Assembly: GCA_030704615.1 (NCBI GenBank)
Contig: CM060732.1
Location: 16,988,001 to 17,052,000, forward strand
DNA length: 64,000 bases
Direction: 5' to 3'
From: Takakia lepidozioides
Taxonomy: Eukaryota > Plantae > Bryophyta
Shown: in pieces, positions 62,322 through 64,000 of the stretch
How positions within the stretch are numbered: the stretch's first letter is position 1
Layout of the letters: every line of letters begins with the position of its first letter
Position numbers and translations under genes: made by a program
Notes under the pieces: generated by a model
The model's database searches: none
Told to the model about the DNA's origin: nothing
The model's input: only the letters and a program-made list of their open reading frames with translations

Positions 62322-62720
62322 GAAATTGCACTCTCCCTTTCCTCTCTGCTTCTGTTTACTGTTCAAAGGTAGTCTTCTTGCCCTGACTTTAAATTTAGGT
62401 CTGGTGCCAAGAGCGGGATAGACCCTTGAGCGCATCCATGATATCATCCCCCATGTCACAGACTGGAAACAGGTTCAGAGAAGTTTTCTTCCTAACTTCA
62501 TTTTCATCGAACAATTTTCTGATAACAGACATGGCTTTGGACACTACATTCTCTAAGTCAGGTTTATCCAGCAAGGTCAAGACTTGCGGGTCCAGATTCA
62601 GATCCTTGAGAATCTCTTTTACTCTCTTCTCCCAGGGCTCACCCTGTTTGACAGGGCGGTCCTGTTTCCAAGATATAGAGTTGATTAACTTAGGATATCT
62701 GGTGTTGGACATATGTTGCA
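62322..62720 (-). mobile_element. RTE/RTEX-like LINE fragment, copy C
   Basis: RYPKLI..WEKRVKEILKDLNL..KKTSLNLFPVCDMG, frameshift, then PALGTRPKFKVRARRLPLNSKQKQRGKGEC. Extends further 5' than copies A and B. Confidence 0.65.
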
Positions 62721-64000
62721 GCTGAACCCACCATCTGACCTTGAATTTAGGGTGTCGAGAGCTTAAAAGAGAGCAGCACAGAAGAGAGGGAAGATATACA
62801 TGTCATGTCAAGACATGGACAAGACTGCTAAGGTCATTGTCATTGAAAGACAAAACAGCCCTTTACAGGGCACCATCTAACATTCTCTTTCATGTTTACA
62901 ATCTCATTTGAATACCCAATTACATTTCAGGGTCTCTGAAAAAACAGGGCGGGAGGGTGGGATTCCAGGTCAATCATATCATGAAAGCACCAAAGTACAC
63001 ATCATCGTCTCAAGAATCCATTATAAACTCATTTCAAAAACCAGATTGCAGGTTTGGTTTGAAGATGATGTTTTAGAACCAAGATATAAGCAAGATTCTT
63101 AAAAAGGAAGAAGAAACATCAGTGTAGAGCCCCCTTAAGCATGTATAGGCCTAAAATGGTATTTTAAGGCCACATAAGGTGGTTCTGCCAAGGTGAAAGA
63201 GCAGCTCAGAAACCCCAGTTTGTTATCAAGCCATGAAACCAAAATGATATGAGGGCCTTGAAGAATGTGTGTTATCTATCAAAGCCTATCCTTTTGATCC
63301 ATCAGAGTCATACCAAGAGTTCTCATTTGCCAAGTGTCAAGGCAGTCATAGTAATAACTGCTTTTTTGTATCCTTGTATCCTTCATAGCTAAACTCCTAC
63401 ACATGCAAATGTGGTTGTAAAAAACCATAAACAGGGGTAAGGAGAGAAACAGATCCTCATTGGAGCAATCTTGGCGCAGGTCTGAAGTGGCATGGTGGTA
63501 GTTCGAAACAGCAGATGGCATCAGCAGCTTAGGCAGCGGCAGTATCTACACTTGCAAGAACGGGAACTGCAAGCTTCAAGAAATCAAGACAAGTGAAGAC
63601 CCTCACCTGTGCCCGTCCCAAAAACCACCACATAGCGATGTGTGTTAGTGAGGATGCAGCAGGTAAGTGGCAGGTCTTCACAGTTGCTATCCATGTCAGT
63701 GTTGAATTCTAAAGCAAGTACAGATCACAGTTCAAGCAATGGTAAACTCAAAAAAAACCTTGAGTGTTTGTGGTATGCCTTACACCATGGCTTCCAACAG
63801 ATTGTCTCCAACAGAACGCAGTCAGAGTAGAAGCGTTCACAGCTAGAGAGTGGCTCATACACAAAGAGAGAGCAACAAGTAATCTGTAGATAAATTGGGA
63901 TAGAGTACTTCCCAACAAGGAGTAAAAGCGTCGTTGCAAAATAAAGAACCATGAGTTCCTGATCAGAGCAATCACGGCTTTGTCGTCTGCCATAGAAGAA

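Noticed and set aside
62900-64000. Short ORFs at the right window edge
   Set aside because: No recognisable protein motifs or consistent exon chain.

Overview
Eukaryotic land-plant nuclear DNA. Compact GT-AG introns and the gene set suggest a non-seed plant such as a hornwort or other bryophyte (inference only). There are four apparently intact host genes: Cullin-3 (+), a TMO5/bHLH30-32-type bHLH-ACT transcription factor (-), multi-exon NOL6/Nrap/Utp22 (-) and a palmitoyl-protein thioesterase (+) head-to-head with NOL6. Between them lies a ~15 kb nested transposon complex (11.7-27.0 kb). It has a CACTA/En-Spm terminus, a TnpA-like gene (-), a palindrome-rich spacer, a degenerate SET-domain ORF (+), a TnpD transposase pseudogene (+) interrupted by the 5' half of an L1-type LINE, and a truncated Ty3/gypsy element whose LTR cuts into a PI4-kinase beta gene. 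The PI4Kbeta remnant has lost its 5' half and has its middle exons inverted. A second CACTA element of the same family, with long imperfect terminal inverted repeats, lies at 54.2-61.9 kb (-). There are also three RTE/RTEX-like LINE 3' fragments, MITE-like relics and a GGGTTACA repeat array. The best candidate for a new system is a CACTA-associated SET-domain (histone-methyltransferase-like) cargo gene in a divergent TnpA / SET-TnpD arrangement. All calls come from reading the sequence by eye; no database searches were run.
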